A stretch of DNA of 64,000 nt from Takakia lepidozioides. Its lineage: Eukaryota > Plantae > Bryophyta. This document shows positions 47,701 through 61,739 of the stretch, piece by piece. The first letter of the stretch is position 1. Every line of letters begins with the position of its first letter. The translations under genes were made by a program, and so were the position numbers. The stretch lies in contig CM060734.1 in assembly GCA_030704615.1 (NCBI GenBank), positions 10,354,001 through 10,418,000 of the forward strand. Direction: 5' to 3'. The notes under the pieces were generated by a model that worked only from the letters and a program-made list of their open reading frames with translations, did no database searches and had not been told where the DNA came from.

Positions 47701-48290
47701 GGCTCGATGGGTTATTTTATTACAAGAATTTACTTTTAAGATTGTGGTTCGCTCTGGACGCAAACATGCCAATGCCGACCATTTAAGTCGACTATCGAAA
47801 GAAGTGGGAGAAGAGCCGATTGACGATTCCTTTCCGGACGCCGCTCTTTTTGTGGTTGACGTGATGCCGGGTGAATATGCCTTATTTTTAATTATCTATC
47901 GTTACATACTGATAAGCAGAAGCGTCGATTGGTAGAGAAGACTGCTCCTTACACAATTATTGGCGAGACATTGTATAAACTTGGCAAAGATGGAGTATTG
48001 CGAAGATGCATTATGGAAGCAGAAGTTCCCACGATACTTGAAGGATCGATTCTTGCGGTGGACACTTTGCTGGCGATGCGACAAGCCGAAAGGTTTTACC
48101 ATCGGGATATTGGTGGCCCACATTGTTTAAAGATGCTTTTGCCTACGTGCGTCGATGTGATGCATGTCAGCGGGTGGGCAAACCAATTCATTCTAGCTCA
48201 ATGCCATTAGTTCATATCTTGGCACAAGCACCCTTTGAGAAGTGGGGCATTGATTTTGTAGGTCCTATTGCTCCTGCCTCTCGCAATGGT
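44790..48290 (+). mobile_element. Degenerate non-chromovirus Ty3/gypsy pol (Athila/Tat/Phygy-like)
   Basis: PR: IDGGSNVN, ILLGRPW. RT: FLDGFSSYNQI, MEIFLDDF. RH: VDASNYA. INT start CDACQR..PFEKWGIDFVGP. Many stops; no LTRs seen. Confidence 0.88.
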
Positions 48291-48429
48291 TTAATCTCAT
48301 TGGTCCACCAATTAACAGCTCTGCCACACGCACACACACGCAGAGACACAGTAGTCAGTTGTCCCCCCTTTGCAGAACGGTTGGCCGTCCAGGAGCAACC
48401 ATAGGCTACCTAGACGACAAACAATTCAC

Positions 48430-48687
48430 ATGCAAAGGGCTGGCTTGTGGCTGGGCACTCACAATTTCTCAGGGCTAACTAACCAAAGGAAACAATTCGA
48501 AGTGGGACAAGTTCTTCGGGCAAATGATATTCATATCTGTGCTGGGCAAGAGACACGGGAAACTTCAGACAAACTGGTTGGAGATGTCAATAGTTATGAA
48601 TGGATCGGTAAGATGTGTGCTGTTAAGGCAGCCTCTGCCAAACGTGGTCAAAAAGGGGTTGGCTTCTTTGTCCATTCATTCGGTTGA
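48430..48687 (+). mobile_element. LINE apurinic-like endonuclease 5' fragment
   Basis: LGTHNFSGL...DIHICAGQET...GVGFFV correspond to APE motifs I-III. Confidence 0.7.
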
Positions 48688-50032
48688 AAACCAATAGAGG
48701 CAGACAGAGATAAAAGGTACAGACTTTACATGCTGTAAACCAACATAAGAGCTTCCAATTCCCTACTGCCTATTCCCTGAAATGTGTACAGGGCTTTGTT
48801 GAGATTAAAGCCAAACTCAGGCCTCCACTAGTGAAGAACATTAGAAGGAAGACTACAAGATTTCTAGAAGAATGCACTGTCAAAGGAACAGTGAACTAGG
48901 GGCATGTTTCTCCCTAATCTTTTACCAGTCTTGTCAATAGGGATGAAGTCAGGAGAGAAGTCAGGAGAGCAGCAGCTATTCAGAGAATGGAAGAAGTGGC
49001 ACAACTGAACGTAGCCCCTCCAACATGGTCGTGTTTAGGTAGCATACTCTGAGTGTAATACCCATGGATGGGGTTCCAAAGCTTGGAAACATATTCGTCA
49101 TGATGTTAATTGCCCCTCCAATTTATCAGGAAAGGATTGATAGGTTGGCTGTGGACAGTTCAGAGAGACCTGCGGAAGTTGAGCACGTTACGGAATTAGA
49201 CTCTCAAGGTGCCATAATACCCTAAAATCCCACCCTAGGATGAACCTGCAGCACTGGCAGTTGCCCATACGGACGATGTCAGTAGAGCAGACAGCTGAAA
49301 GGTGACTGACCACCAGTTAAATCACCTGGGTTATATAGTGATCTCGATACACAGCTGGGCATACAGAGCACTTTATTTCAGAGTAGTCCTCTTATCTATC
49401 TGGATAATAAACCTATACTTCGCGTCTTGCCATTTGCACCCTCAGATGGCAACTGCAGGACTGAGAGACTCCAAAACTTAACCCATGATGAACTACAACT
49501 AACAGCAGTCAATTTTCAAATAGTTGCATTGCTAGGCTAAATAAGAGCAACATATGCAGAAGGTTGTAGCTATGACATCATTCTGAAACAAATACAACCA
49601 GAAGGTGAGAACACCAAGGTGCGCTGGAAAAGGGCCTGCATAAAATGCTGCACCAGCACAGTAGGAGTCTGAAGGCAACATTCCAGAAAATTGCATGGGA
49701 GAAGTTTTCAGCATCATCCAATGTCTGCTATTTTGACACGAAAAGTATGTGTATCATAGCAATGTGTAACCTGGTTGAAGCATAAATAGCTCTAGTCCCA
49801 CAGATGGGAAAAACTGGCAGACTTTGATGAGTTTCCCCAATAATAGACAATAGTGGGAGGAGGAGTAAGACGAAGAAAGGAAGGTTAACAACCTGGAGTC
49901 CTTGGATCACCAGCCCAAATAGACAAACAAGAGGAAGATTATTGTGATAGGGATGTACATCGCAACTTTGTGTAAGGTGATGGTAAATTTGATAAAAGGA
50001 AGGTTCACCCTTCAGAATTATCTAGCACCAAA

Positions 50033-51943
50033 CTACATGATACTGCAGTTTGCTGGAGTCCCCGAGGCTCCGGCCACCGAAATATCAGGGAGCCTGCAAT
50101 GGTCATACAAATCACTAGTCAGGCATAGTAAAATGCATTCACCAGCAAGGCATTTCATACCAAACCAGACATTGTCCAAGATATCACCACTTACTATTGC
50201 GATGAGGGAAAGGCATGAAATATGAAGTTAAAGCTGCCATCCACTAAAGACTGACTCTGTGTTACAGATGTTGTCCCATATTGAAATACGCCAGTTAAAG
50301 ACCTTGTGACAGTTCCAATAAACCCTAAACTGCAATAAAAGAGGAGAGGACCTACACTGGCAACCCGTCATCTCCAAGCTCTAGGCCTGGAGCAAGCTCA
50401 CGCACAATATCACTGGGGGGCTGCCCACAGTCTTGCATCCTCTGCATGAGATCAACGACGTTTTGGAAATCATCGGGAGTAGTTTCATATACATGGCAAA
50501 GCTGCCTGACAAATTCATACTGCCGCGTGTACCGAGACAAATCATCGGCACTGAGCTGGGCCTTGTGGGACTCCAACCACTGTGGGTAGCGCTCTCCTAT
50601 CTCCTTCATTGGCTCATGCAATACGTCCTTAGATAGCAGTTGCCGCATCATTGTATCCATTATCGAGTGCATGTCCTGTGCACCCCTCACATGCCCATCA
50701 ACCGACTCTTAGACCATGATTGTTACTGGAGATTAAATTGCCTATTTGGTTCCTATGGAAGAGGGGAAGGTGGAGGGTTCAGGGAAAGGTCCAAAAGAAC
50801 TCCGGCCCAGATGTGCAGTCCTTTCCGACTAAAGAATAAAGATAGTGCCATGACATATGATTTTTACTTCAGACAACAACAGGTGGTCAGGATTCCAGTG
50901 TTCATATGCAAATGGTATGGGCTCAAACGCATAGGTTGCTGAAAACCAAAATTGCAAAACCAGCTGCAGATTTTCATTGCATTTGCTAATTATGCTAGTT
51001 CATCCCTTATGCAACCTCACCAAGGAGAGAAGAAAGTATGGTACCTGAGATGCACCCAGCTCTTCAAACTGCTTGACCAAATTCTCTACCAACTCGTCAC
51101 CCGCACTATCATCTTGAGGAGCGGCATCAATGCTTTCGACTGTTTGCCGTGTCTGTTGAGCCAGCTTCTCCAATGTTGTCCCTAAATTCGCCTTTGGCTC
51201 AGTAGAGCCCCTTCCCCTGGGGCTTACATCTCTTCCTGATGCAACTGACTTGGAGGTGGAAGAGGCTTTTGAACTAGTGGATTTTTTCCTTCCTGGACCC
51301 AATGCTGGTAAGCCAGCTCCCAACCCTTGCCCAAGAGTCGCTCTGCAGACAGGGCTCACACAGATTTCACAATCCCATCATTGGACGTACCCTAAATTCG
51401 TTCTGTTCCTAAACATATTCTGCCCCTTCTCTGCTGCATACAAAATATCTTGGCACTCCGCAGAGCCCCAGTATCAAATTGTTTGATCAAACCACTCTTT
51501 ACAACTGTAAAAAGAGTTGGATAACTGTGCTGCGAAAGACAATGAATGCCAAAGCGAAAACTGTGACTGATGATGAGAATATACTGCACTGACTTTGAAC
51601 GCGCACTTGAGCTGCCAAACTCTTGAAAGTCATCTAAGGCACCTGCGAGATCGACACCAGAAACATATGTGCTCAACTCAAATAATCGTGTAATCAAAGA
51701 CCATCCGCATCAAACCCCGTCTATCCAGCCCGGTCTTAGATCGCAAGCACATAGAATACCAGAAATACTAGAAAATGGCTGTCAACGCAGGGATGGTCTC
51801 TCCTACAGTTCAGTTCTATACTCCCCTTTTTTGGTCAATTCTTTCCACAAACCAGAGGCTGAATTGTGGACAGGAAGACGGAAAAGAAGCATACTATCAA
51901 GGAGATCGTCCAGATCTTCGTTCGATGCATCTGCGTCAGCCAT
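50033..51943 (-). CDS. PEX19: Peroxisome biogenesis protein PEX19; 5 exons (~51943-51895, 51642-51594, 51342-51045, 50676-50356, 50093-50033)
   Basis: N-terminal DLDDLLDSALDDF; MMRQLLSKDVLHEPMKEI..RYPQWL; MQDCGQPPSDIVRELAP; C-terminal CaaX CSIM*. GT-AG introns. Confidence 0.93.
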
Positions 51944-52350
51944 GGCGGATTCCTCCTGCAACAATCACACACCTAAAATACACAGCAAGATTCCGAACCC
52001 TAAAATATAAGAATGCAACCATCCAAGCTACTCTGTCCTAAAGTAAGCAACTCCTGTTTCTTTATTTATTGACTCCTCCCTAAAGAGGAGACTACCCATC
52101 ACTGTCAAAAATATCCCCCAGGAAGACTTTTATGAAATTGCATATTCCATGTTATTAAGTAATTTGACAGTACCAAGGGGCTTGATTTGTGCGCTCAGTG
52201 TTTAGCTCCGGGTGTTTCCCTTTTTTAAAATAAATTTAAAAATATTACTGTACCTGCCTATGCTGTCCAACATTAAATAATTCATAAATTCTTGTAACGA
52301 TTTTTTTTAATAAATCACCCAATCCCAAAATTACACAAAATCTGCACATC

Positions 52351-52576
52351 AGCTGGTAGCTCAGCTAGTAAGTGCACAGTGTGTCGCCTTGGTGGTTCGG
52401 GGTTCAAACCCGCTGCCCTGCCTGGTGTGTGGATTGTTTGTGACCGGTTGGTTTGGTGGTGACGTTTCCACCTGTGTGCCTGATGGCTTATCTGAAAGGG
52501 GGTTAATTTTTCCCCCTCCTCAAGGGCCTGAATTGTGAGCAGTCGCTCCCAGGTTTCCTTTAAAAAATAAAAAAAA
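52351..52576 (+). mobile_element. tRNA-derived SINE
   Basis: A-box TAGCTCAGCTAGTAA, B-box GGTTCAAACC, ~140-bp body and an A-rich tail. Confidence 0.7.
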
Positions 52577-52920
52577 TCTCAAAAATCTCGCCGAAAATCT
52601 TCAAAATTTGCACCTTGGATGCCGAAGTTAAGGCAATTGTAGCGAAAAGCATGATTTTCCCCCCTCAAGTCATCGGCCATGTCCGCAAGCTTTTCCCCAA
52701 TGGCCATGGTCTTTGTGAGCTCCGGAGTCCAACGCCCAGCGGGCAAAAGGATTCGTGTTCTAGTCTTCTCTGCCATGGTATATGTTGCAATTCTCACAGC
52801 TTGCCCCCAACTTTTGGTCATCTAATATAATTAGTCATTGTTTGATAATAGCGATTTCAATGCGGGCACATGTGGTTGCGGCGGGGCCCGCATGTGGGAG
52901 AGGGGGTTGCGATGGGTGGG

Positions 52921-53594
52921 GCGCCCTATGCCCGGCGGGGTCAGTCTGCGCGGGTGAGCCGCCCTAGGGTGCGCGCAAGGGAAGCGAGTATGTTGGGCCC
53001 ACAAAACACCTGAAATATGTAGATAAATAATTAATTATTTCAAGAAATTTGCGGAAAGTAGTGGGTAGTGTGGTGGTAAAGAGCAACTTGTGATGAACTT
53101 GAGGTCTGGTGTTTAAATCCTGGCAGGTGATGTTGTGGCGGTAATGTGTGTTAATTATATATTTTGTTTGAGGAGGGTCTGAAGGTTGGAGTTAGGCGCT
53201 CGCCAGTCAGTCCGCTGCTGGTGAGTCCGCTCGCCAGTCCGCCGGACTGAGTCAGTCCCTCGCCAATTGCTAGTCCGCCGGTCAGTCCACTTGCCAGTCT
53301 GTTGGTCAGTTCGCTCGCCAGTTGGAGTCAGTCTGATGGAGGAATCAGTCTCTTGGAGGGTCTGGCCAGTCCGCTAGAAGATCCGCTGCCGTTAAAGAAC
53401 TAGGACTTAGAAATTTTTTAGAATCTAGACCCGGTGAAAGGGGGTGGGTTCATGGAGGGTTTGGCCAGTCTGCTAGAAAGTCCGCCGCCGTTAAAGAACT
53501 AGGACTTAAAAAAATTCAGAATCTAGACCCGGTGAAAGGGGGCTGGGTTCATGAGCTCACCCCATGGGCCGTACTGGGGGGGGGCCATAGGCGC
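52921..53594. mobile_element. Putative non-autonomous TIR element with a tRNA-like segment and internal repeats
   Basis: Imperfect inverted ends gcgccctatgccc / gggccataggcgc. A/B-box-like segment at 53060-53125. agtccgctcgcc minisatellite at 53195-53330. ~98-bp direct repeat (53354-53453, 53454-53553). Confidence 0.4.
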
Positions 53595-55365
53595 ATTGAA
53601 ATGGCTATTATCCTATAATGAGAGACATATAATTATGTCATGTTGCTATTAGGATCGCTTATGATATTGCCGAGCGTAGTCATGGGACGCACGGAGCACG
53701 AGGCCAAACATAGCAGCGGGAACAATTCATCAACACTTTTGGACCACCTGGCCACTGAAAGGTTTCTGATGATGGCGAGTCGGTACATCTGGTGCTCGAT
53801 CGTGAGTCAGGTGGATGCTTTTTCCCTGTTACCTATTTCCCTTCCTGCATGGTATTGTCAGCATTATAGTGGGTCCTCTCTGAGGTCATAGCTCTGCCTA
53901 AGCCCCGAAACACTTCATGTGATTTTTCACCCTGGGGTGTTGCATGTCATTCATGTGCTTAAATGTTTGTGATTCTGCTGCTTTAATAGTTCAGCACAGA
54001 ATGTGAAAGGTGAATGCTTTGTTGGATTGCAGGTGGACCTGGAGCTGGGCACAGATTGTCGGCTCCACTTACTGGCCAGCAACCAAAGGTCACAGTACCT
54101 AAAAACAGACTGTGATAATATTCTGGTCCTGAAGTTTCTGGCTCTCGATGATTGCAGCCAACCGGCAGTCCTGACGTAAGATGGCTTGATGAAGGGCTTG
54201 TCCGTATATTTGAAGGAAATCAACCCAGAGTTCTAGAGGCTGGGATGCACCGCATCAAAGATAATGACCCACTTTCCAAAAGTGTATTGAGTCAAGCAGC
54301 GAAAGAGAATGTAATCATGAGACGTTGTTTGTTGTAGCCTTGTGGTCACATATCCCAGCACAGATTAGGCAGAACAGGCGAGAGCAGCGAGAGAGAGAGA
54401 CACACACACACTCCTTACATCATGCATTGACTTATGTAAACGAGTGAAGCATCACTGTGCTCTATCTTCTCAGTGTTCCATGCTTTAAGATGATTTTGAC
54501 TAATTGCAGTCTTTAGTAGAAGTCCAACAAGTCTTCTTTGTGGACTGCAAAGCATGTGGTCAAATTGTTGCTGCCTGGCTCAACTGCTGATCCTACGTAC
54601 TCGGTGTGATTTACAAAAAACTTGAAGAATCGAATGGGCACACATCTTTGTAGGCAGTAACGGTGGTTCTTGACATAACATAACATGCTTATAGAAGACT
54701 TACTCAGTGGTGCTGGCAGTGCAGGAGGCGAGCACTCAGAGAGGTGCAGGCACTGGCAGATGTAGGTGAGCTGCCTTCACTAATGTGGTGGTGGAGGAAA
54801 CTAGTGATTTAAGTTGAGAATCCTTGTTTGTTCTAGGATAAGTTCAAATCTAAACAGATTATCTTAGTTGAGTGCAAACCAAAGTTTGTGGTAGTGTAGC
54901 TGGTGTGGCCGACAAATTTCTTTGGTACCCTCCTCTGACGGAAAATCAAGATGTACGTGTCTTTGATAAGCTCATATCTGCCCAAAGGTGAATACACATG
55001 GAATACTTAAGTAGATGCACAGTGAACGATCAATCTGATTGTGACTCTGCCCTCGACGAGAAGGCAACAGAATGCGTGGAGGAGATTTGGGCTAAAAAGC
55101 TTAGTGTGTTGGCGTTGTACATATTCCAAATCATGATGGTCTCTGAAAATTCGGACAGCCTGTCATGCCAATGGTTCATGTCAGTAGATGGAAACTCTCC
55201 ATCGAAATGTTCAGGTAGTAGGGACCTGCTCAATAGATGAGATTATTTTATTGTACCCACTCTGAAAGCTAGACAAGATGTTAATGTGGAAAGAATCGGA
55301 CCCCCCGCATCAAATATAAGGGATTCCAGGGTGGCAAAGTCCAACCAATCCTGACACTATCATCT

Positions 55366-57604
55366 TGGAGCCCAAAGGGAAGCATCAAGTAACTGTGGTG
55401 TGGCTTCATGGCCTTACGGACTCCGGTGCCAGGTACCTTTTAACTCTGTGAAATTTCTCTCCTACAAAGTGATAGATGAAACTATCCAAGATCTGATACT
55501 CAGGGATATAAAAATAAGCCTATTTCTGGGCTTGTCCAGAATCTGATTGTATTGCGTCCAGATACAGTGACCATTGATGCATCATGCAGCTATTTCCAAT
55601 TGTGCGGAATAAGGCTAAGAACCTGATGAATTGCATTGTTGACATCCGCAAGGCATTAGGTTTGACTTTTATAATCAAATCTAAAGAATGTTCCTTTTGT
55701 GACCAAAACTGGAGCTCAGGCAAATCTCCAACATTGATATATTGTTCTGTATTTGACCTTGCGGCTTGAATGTGCCTGTGGTAGGGTGGCTGAAGATCTG
55801 AAAGACGAGAGGTTTCCTGATTGCGGATGTGCCTCTCTCAATTCTCAGCTTGATGTTTAATCATGTATGTTGTCCAGCCTTCATTTCACTCTGGACAGTT
55901 ATGATAGTAGATTGTCAACCACCCCTTTTTGGGGGACTCACTATTAGTCCAGTTTGTACTTTCTCAACGTTGAGAAACATTTCCATCTTGTCTACGAGAC
56001 TTCGATTGTACAACACTACAATTTTTTGCCAAGCCATGCGTTGCACAGGCACTGTAATTGGGTCACATCTTCTTAACTGTGCAGATTAAGTGGATATTTC
56101 CAACAGCCCCACTATCTGCATGTACGTATATTCGGCCAATTATATCCTGAATGACTCATTAAACAATCATGAGTTGAGTCATGGTTCAGAACGTGCTTTT
56201 TAATCATGCAAGTCATTAAGCTTTCCAAATAACCGCATTCGATTTGAGGTGCTTAGGGTGGCATGAGGAAGATTCCTTTTTGGGGCAAGTTTGATGCTGT
56301 TGTAATAGTATTTTACTATGTGGGATTCTGGTAAGCAGGGTCAATGCAATGCCTCTTAACGATGGTATGGTTCATCTGGACGGACACTGAAGGTATTGTC
56401 TTTTAAGTTGATACACAGTCATTTTTCCAGGCTTTACAATAGGTCATTTGATTATTCTGCAATCTATCATTACATGGTGCAACTTTTGGGATTTAAATAT
56501 TTGTCTCTTGGTTTCTGTGGTACTTACCGGGTTGTTCTACTACACTCAATGGCCCCTCTGGACCTTCCACACACATTATAAATTGGGTTTTTTTGTGAGT
56601 GTTGAGCAAGGATCACATGGTGGATGGGCTAACTCTGAAACCAGAGGCATCAACCGATCGCTTTTGTGACTCCCAGGAACACCCTAGATCAGACCTTATT
56701 TTCCAAGATCTCGATCATAACCTACCTTGCAATCCACTGTTAGCAGATGGGGAGAAGAAGGTGAAACTGGTGATTGGCGGTTTTAGCCAAGGTGCAACCA
56801 CTACCCTGTACCTGGCCAGCCGCTCGGTCATTGGAAAGCTTAGCAATGGCACCCCCTTCCCAATCAAGTTTGATGCTGCAATTTGCCTCAGTGGGTGACT
56901 TCCAACTCACAGGTAGGTTATGGTTGATCCTTTTTAATGAAAATCCTTGCCTCCTCTCGTGTGTGCAACCTTGTCTTCTCTACGTGAATACAGAGGTGAT
57001 AGTCCTTTCATGGGTGGCTCACAAACTAGTGATATGGGATTGTTTTCCTTTTGATGCGATTGTGACAAATGAGACACCTGATATTGCAAGAAGTGACAAA
57101 GTTTTGTAGTGTCCTCAGTTAGTGGTTTATTTGTTAACTGAAATTAGTTGTATGTACTGTTGCTTGCAGAACCCATGTTAATGCTCATGTAAATGAGTGC
57201 AATGAGGGCAAAAAACGAGCAGGAGAGCTTCCCATCTTCATTGGCCATTGCATAGGTGTGTTTGCTTGGTCTTTTTGATCTCTTGGTGTAGTCGATCAAG
57301 CTTTGGTGGAAAGGGAAGGTTTGAATGATGCATACCAGAGAGTGAATCGAATGTGCTAGTACCTGTCTATATCAGTGGAATCTATCATGCCTTCACCATT
57401 TACCAATATGAATTGTAAGATCTGTGTCGGGGACCTGATATTGTTCAGTTTGCTGCAATGTTTTGAGGTGAAAGGATATGCACTTGAGCAACTAAGATGC
57501 CTGATTGCAGATGATCCTGTAGTACCGTTTAAGCATGCGGAGAAGTCTTCTGGAACCCTCTGCAGTGCAGGCTCGACTGACCTTTCCTTCAAGTCTTACC
57601 CAGT
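55366..57604 (+). pseudogene. Acyl-protein thioesterase / carboxylesterase (alpha/beta hydrolase), spliced, probably a pseudogene
   Basis: Exons PKGKHQVTVVWLHGLTDSG, IKWIFPTAP, GGFSQG...CLSG*LP (in-frame stop at the conserved W), LPIFIGH and DDPVVPFKHAEKS..FKSY. Confidence 0.8.
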
Positions 57605-58494
57605 GTAAGTTCCTTTCCTTGTTTGAATATAGGATAGTCAAAATTAGGTTAGCAATGGAGACTCTCTCTCTCTCTACCCACCCTTTGTGTTCCACTCAAA
57701 CTGGGTGCAGGGCCAATGGCCACAAGGCTAAGGCAAATAACGTCTTATGAGGACATTCTCTCTGCCTACCCTTAGCACTCGACTGAAATTTGAACTCAGG
57801 GTGGGGAGAACAATAAACAGGTACAGAAAGGAAATAGAGATTACCAATGCCGGATGTTCACCAATGTTGGTCAAATGTTCAAAGGTTTAACATTATTCTC
57901 TTTCTAAATGGTACCCTTTAGTTAGGATGTTGATAAGCTTGCTAATGTCTCCAGACGTCAAGCGGAATTCTAGTGTTGAGGGTACTTTTAATAATCCAAG
58001 AAGTTGAGCCATTGTAGGTGACCTTGTTGATAAACAGCACGAGTGTTGCTACACTTGATCATTTATTTGAAATCTTCAAGTTTATTTCCAGGCTCACTTC
58101 TACCTAATGCCCATGCCCACTCCTACCTAATGACTATGTGGGAGGTAGTTTATCGGCCTTGTGGATGCTATGTGCATTGTTGTTGCACACATGCTGTACA
58201 GACTACATTTTCCAAAGATTGCAGGACGTTCTATTTGGAGTAATGTGGAGAAGAGAATTGATGCAATACTTCAGATATGGGATTATGGGATGACAGTATA
58301 CTACAGGAATTTTCAACTTTGTAGGCTGAAAGTTGCATGAGTTTGATGGAGATGTGGGCTGTGTGACCAGGGGACTAGTCGACCTGCACACTATCATGTG
58401 CTTTGGGAAGGGATATAAGGGGATTCACAGGGGAGAAATGAAAGGAGATGGTACTTTACAACGTCACGGAAAACTCAAAGAGCTTCTGGGAACT

Positions 58495-60253
58495 TATGAA
58501 ATTCCTAGTAACGAGTTTTCATACAAAAGTAGAAGCCCATACGTGTAGCACAGATTATTGGTTATGAGATTGTAAATTGTCGGCTGAAAACTTGTTCTCG
58601 TCCCTCACAATGTGTGTGTGTGCAGTATTCTGTGTGATTATATGGGTCTTGGCAGCTTGCTACTGATTGTGTGCAAGACACAAACTGGCATAAATGTCTT
58701 GGAGGAAAGGGACAGGAATGGCCAACGTATGCAGAACAGGGGTCTCCGAGCTATCTGTAGCTACAAGATCTCCGGAACATATGATGCATAGGCTCTTTCT
58801 GATGTGCGGTAAGGAGAAATCACCAGCTTACATCAACAGTATGCAAGTATAGATGGCAGAAGCTGGTGGAATTGATAACTTGACAAAATAGAGATTTTTT
58901 GTGAAATTTGATATAGATATCTGCTGAGGCCGTAGGTGAATGAATGCTGTATGGGCCTCTCCTATCTACACATTTCAGCTTACACTTCTTATACATCTGC
59001 ACTATAGGTGTACCATCACAACAATGGATAACAGGTCAGCCATTTTACAAGAGGGTTTAGCATAGGCTTGCCGATGTCTGTCTATGGTTAGACTGTGAGC
59101 TATGCTTATGCAGCAAAGTCTAGATGAGTTGACGAACTAGTATGTGGGGTCTCTAACACCAATAAGAGTTCATGGATTTATGCAGAACAATCATAACAAT
59201 GCTTAAGTGTAAGATGGCTTGATGAAGGGCTTTTCCAGTCTCCAGGTCTGCAGAAAGTCAATTCTGCCTGGATTGGACGGTTTTGAGTTTTTGTCAATGC
59301 TTTTACTAGCTAGTCTCACCAACACTAGAATGCACATTGTACTGAATTTTTGTGTGCCCTTGGTGGTTTGTTTCTCAGGCCATACACTAGACGTGTAAAT
59401 AGAAGTCATCCACAGTTGCTACTGGAGATAGAACCCCCCTCAATCATGTGCAATGGTGAGAAGCAGAAGCCCCCAGGCTTTTTAGGCTTTGCTGTCAATC
59501 TGCTGCATTTGAAGGAGGAACATCTCCACATGAAAGTGACCGTGCGCCAGCGTAAAATGGGTCTTAGGGAATCTCTGTTCTACCACCTCCTACAAAATCT
59601 GCAAGTCTATGATACGCGTGAGAATATGCTAGCGGCCAAATCCAATCATTGCTTGACAGGCGGTGCAATCTCACTGGATAGGTATAGTATACGGAGCAAC
59701 ATGCGCCAGCGGTTAGGCGGGACCAGGTGCTCAAGGGCCTCTCCCTCATGCTCCACTCATTGCTTGTATCATGGGGTTTGTTGAACGAAAATATTTCATG
59801 GATGACTCAATAGAGAGGAAATGCAGCAGCTAATAGTCCTAGGTGTCTATTTATATTACTGCCGCTACCGAGGGGCAGTAAGATTCCATTGGGAAACCCA
59901 GGGATTGCCAGGCAATGGGAGGGCAATGAGACTCAGAAACCAGTAGTATGGAGTGGGAAGCAGCTTACCTGTGTGTTTTGGTTTATTGTTTTTGCAAACA
60001 CGTTATGCCTTTTAGTTTTGCATTGGTGCCATAGGAGGAACAACAATCACAACAGGGTCTTCTCCCTCCTGCCTCCCATTCATTTGAACGCCAGGGTCAA
60101 CTCCAAAGTGTTTGCAACTTGATTGGGACACAAGAGCAACGCTTGGCAAAGGAAGAGAGGGAGTTGGAAAAGACAACTAATGATATACAATAATCTGTGC
60201 TACACGTATGGGCTTCTACTTTTGTATGAAAACTCGTTACTAGGAATTTCATA
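58495..60253. mobile_element. 1.76-kb segment bounded by perfect 66-bp inverted repeats (58495-58560, 60188-60253)
   Basis: The two ends are exact reverse complements. The terminal TA could be a TA TSD. Confidence 0.7.
58626..59725 (+). pseudogene. DMS3/GMI1-like SMC-hinge gene fragment
   Basis: LLIVCKTQTGINVLE and PPGFLGFAVNL...GLRESLFYHLLQNLQVYDTRENM...GAISLD are signature stretches of the DMS3/GMI1 hinge. Confidence 0.8.
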
Positions 60254-61009
60254 TATTTTCACTATTCTTTGTGTTAATCTTGCTGATAGGATAGTCTAAT
60301 TTCTCAATCTTGTCGAATGCACTCTGATATACTTTATTCTAGTAAGGCTGTTCCTTGGCCTTAACCTTTTTTTATTGTCCATTCTATGACGAGTTTGGAT
60401 GCTAATTTTATCTATCGTGGTTTTCTAATAGCTATGCCCGATGCCCGATCCACCTCCCAGGGACCAGGAGAGCGACCAATGGTCTTATCATCAACTTCAC
60501 CCCCTACGTAGGGTTCAACCTGCTTGACCACCTCTCTCTCCTCAATGAATGTCTCAAGTGTGCCAAGGTATACATTGCAGTCCTCCGCTTTCTGAATGGT
60601 CCATTTGTGAGCTGGACGGCCACCCCAGCAGCGCTGCCGGTCCACAAAGTCTGTCAATATTTCTCGAATGTCCTCCTCTTGGAATGCCGGTGCACTGCAA
60701 CTCCCACTTCCAGCTCCATGAGATTCTGGGTCAGAGCCTCCATGACCTCTGGGCCTCTGGACCTCTGGGCAACTTGCGCATGAGAGATTCCTTTCCTTTT
60801 CAAACTACTACAACAAGGTTCTACGGCAAAACATGATTACCCAGCTTGTCAGGTTTTTCACCTCCTTTGTGAATGAGAGGGGGCTTCAAAGTGCCGCTAT
60901 ATTGTCAAAAATGGCCTGATCCTTGTTATATTTAGCTTGGTCTTGTTGCGAGTGCTGGAAAAATAAGTAGTTAGCAGCTGCAGCTGCACAGTTGATAAAA
61001 TCAGGCACC

Positions 61010-61704
61010 TCAACCATGACCACAACTTCTGAAAGAGGATCAAGATCAGAGGGAGTCCACAATGCCTCTTCTGGCACTTCTGGGCATGTGAAGATACTTT
61101 GTGCGGCAGGCAGACTGACAGAGGCTCTACAGACTTTAAACCAAGGAGGCATTTCAACATATTCAAATACGTATGTATGTCTCTTGCTTAAGTGCATCAA
61201 GATGGATGCTCTGGAAGCTGGAAAGCAGGTGCACACTCACATTATCCTAAGTGGATTCATGCCAAATGTTTTTCTACTCAACACCCTTATCAACATGTAT
61301 GTTAAGTGCGGGAGTATCATGGATGCTCACCAAGTGTTCAACAGAATGCCTCAACGGTCTTTGATCACGTGGAATGTAATGTTGGCAGGATTTACCAAGC
61401 ATGGGTGTTGTAGGAATGCTTGGAGACCTATGAGCAAATGCTGCGCAAAGGGGTGACGCCCAACCACATCACATTTGTTTGTGTTTCCAATGCGTGTGCA
61501 AGCCTGGGAGCTCTGGAAAAGGGGAGAGAGGTCCATGGTGACATTGTCAAAGCTGGAATTGTACCAGTTGTCATTCTGAACACTGCCCTGGTGGACATGT
61601 ATGCCAAATGTGGGTGCATTAAGGATGCAAAGGGAGTTTTCAACACTATGGCTGAACGAGATGTGGTGTCATGGAACGCGATGCTTGCAGGGTATGCACA
61701 GTAG
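61010..61704 (+). pseudogene. PLS-class PPR gene fragment (frameshift at ~61415)
   Basis: NTLINMYVKCGSI.DA..VF; NTALVDMYAKCG..DA..VF..M.ERDVVSWNAMLAGYAQ*. Confidence 0.88.
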
Positions 61705-61739
61705 GGATAGCTGAAGGACCAGGGATAATGGTCCAGATT

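Noticed and set aside
52351-52425. Functional tRNA gene
   Set aside because: No clean acceptor or anticodon stems, and it is followed by a SINE-like body and A tail.
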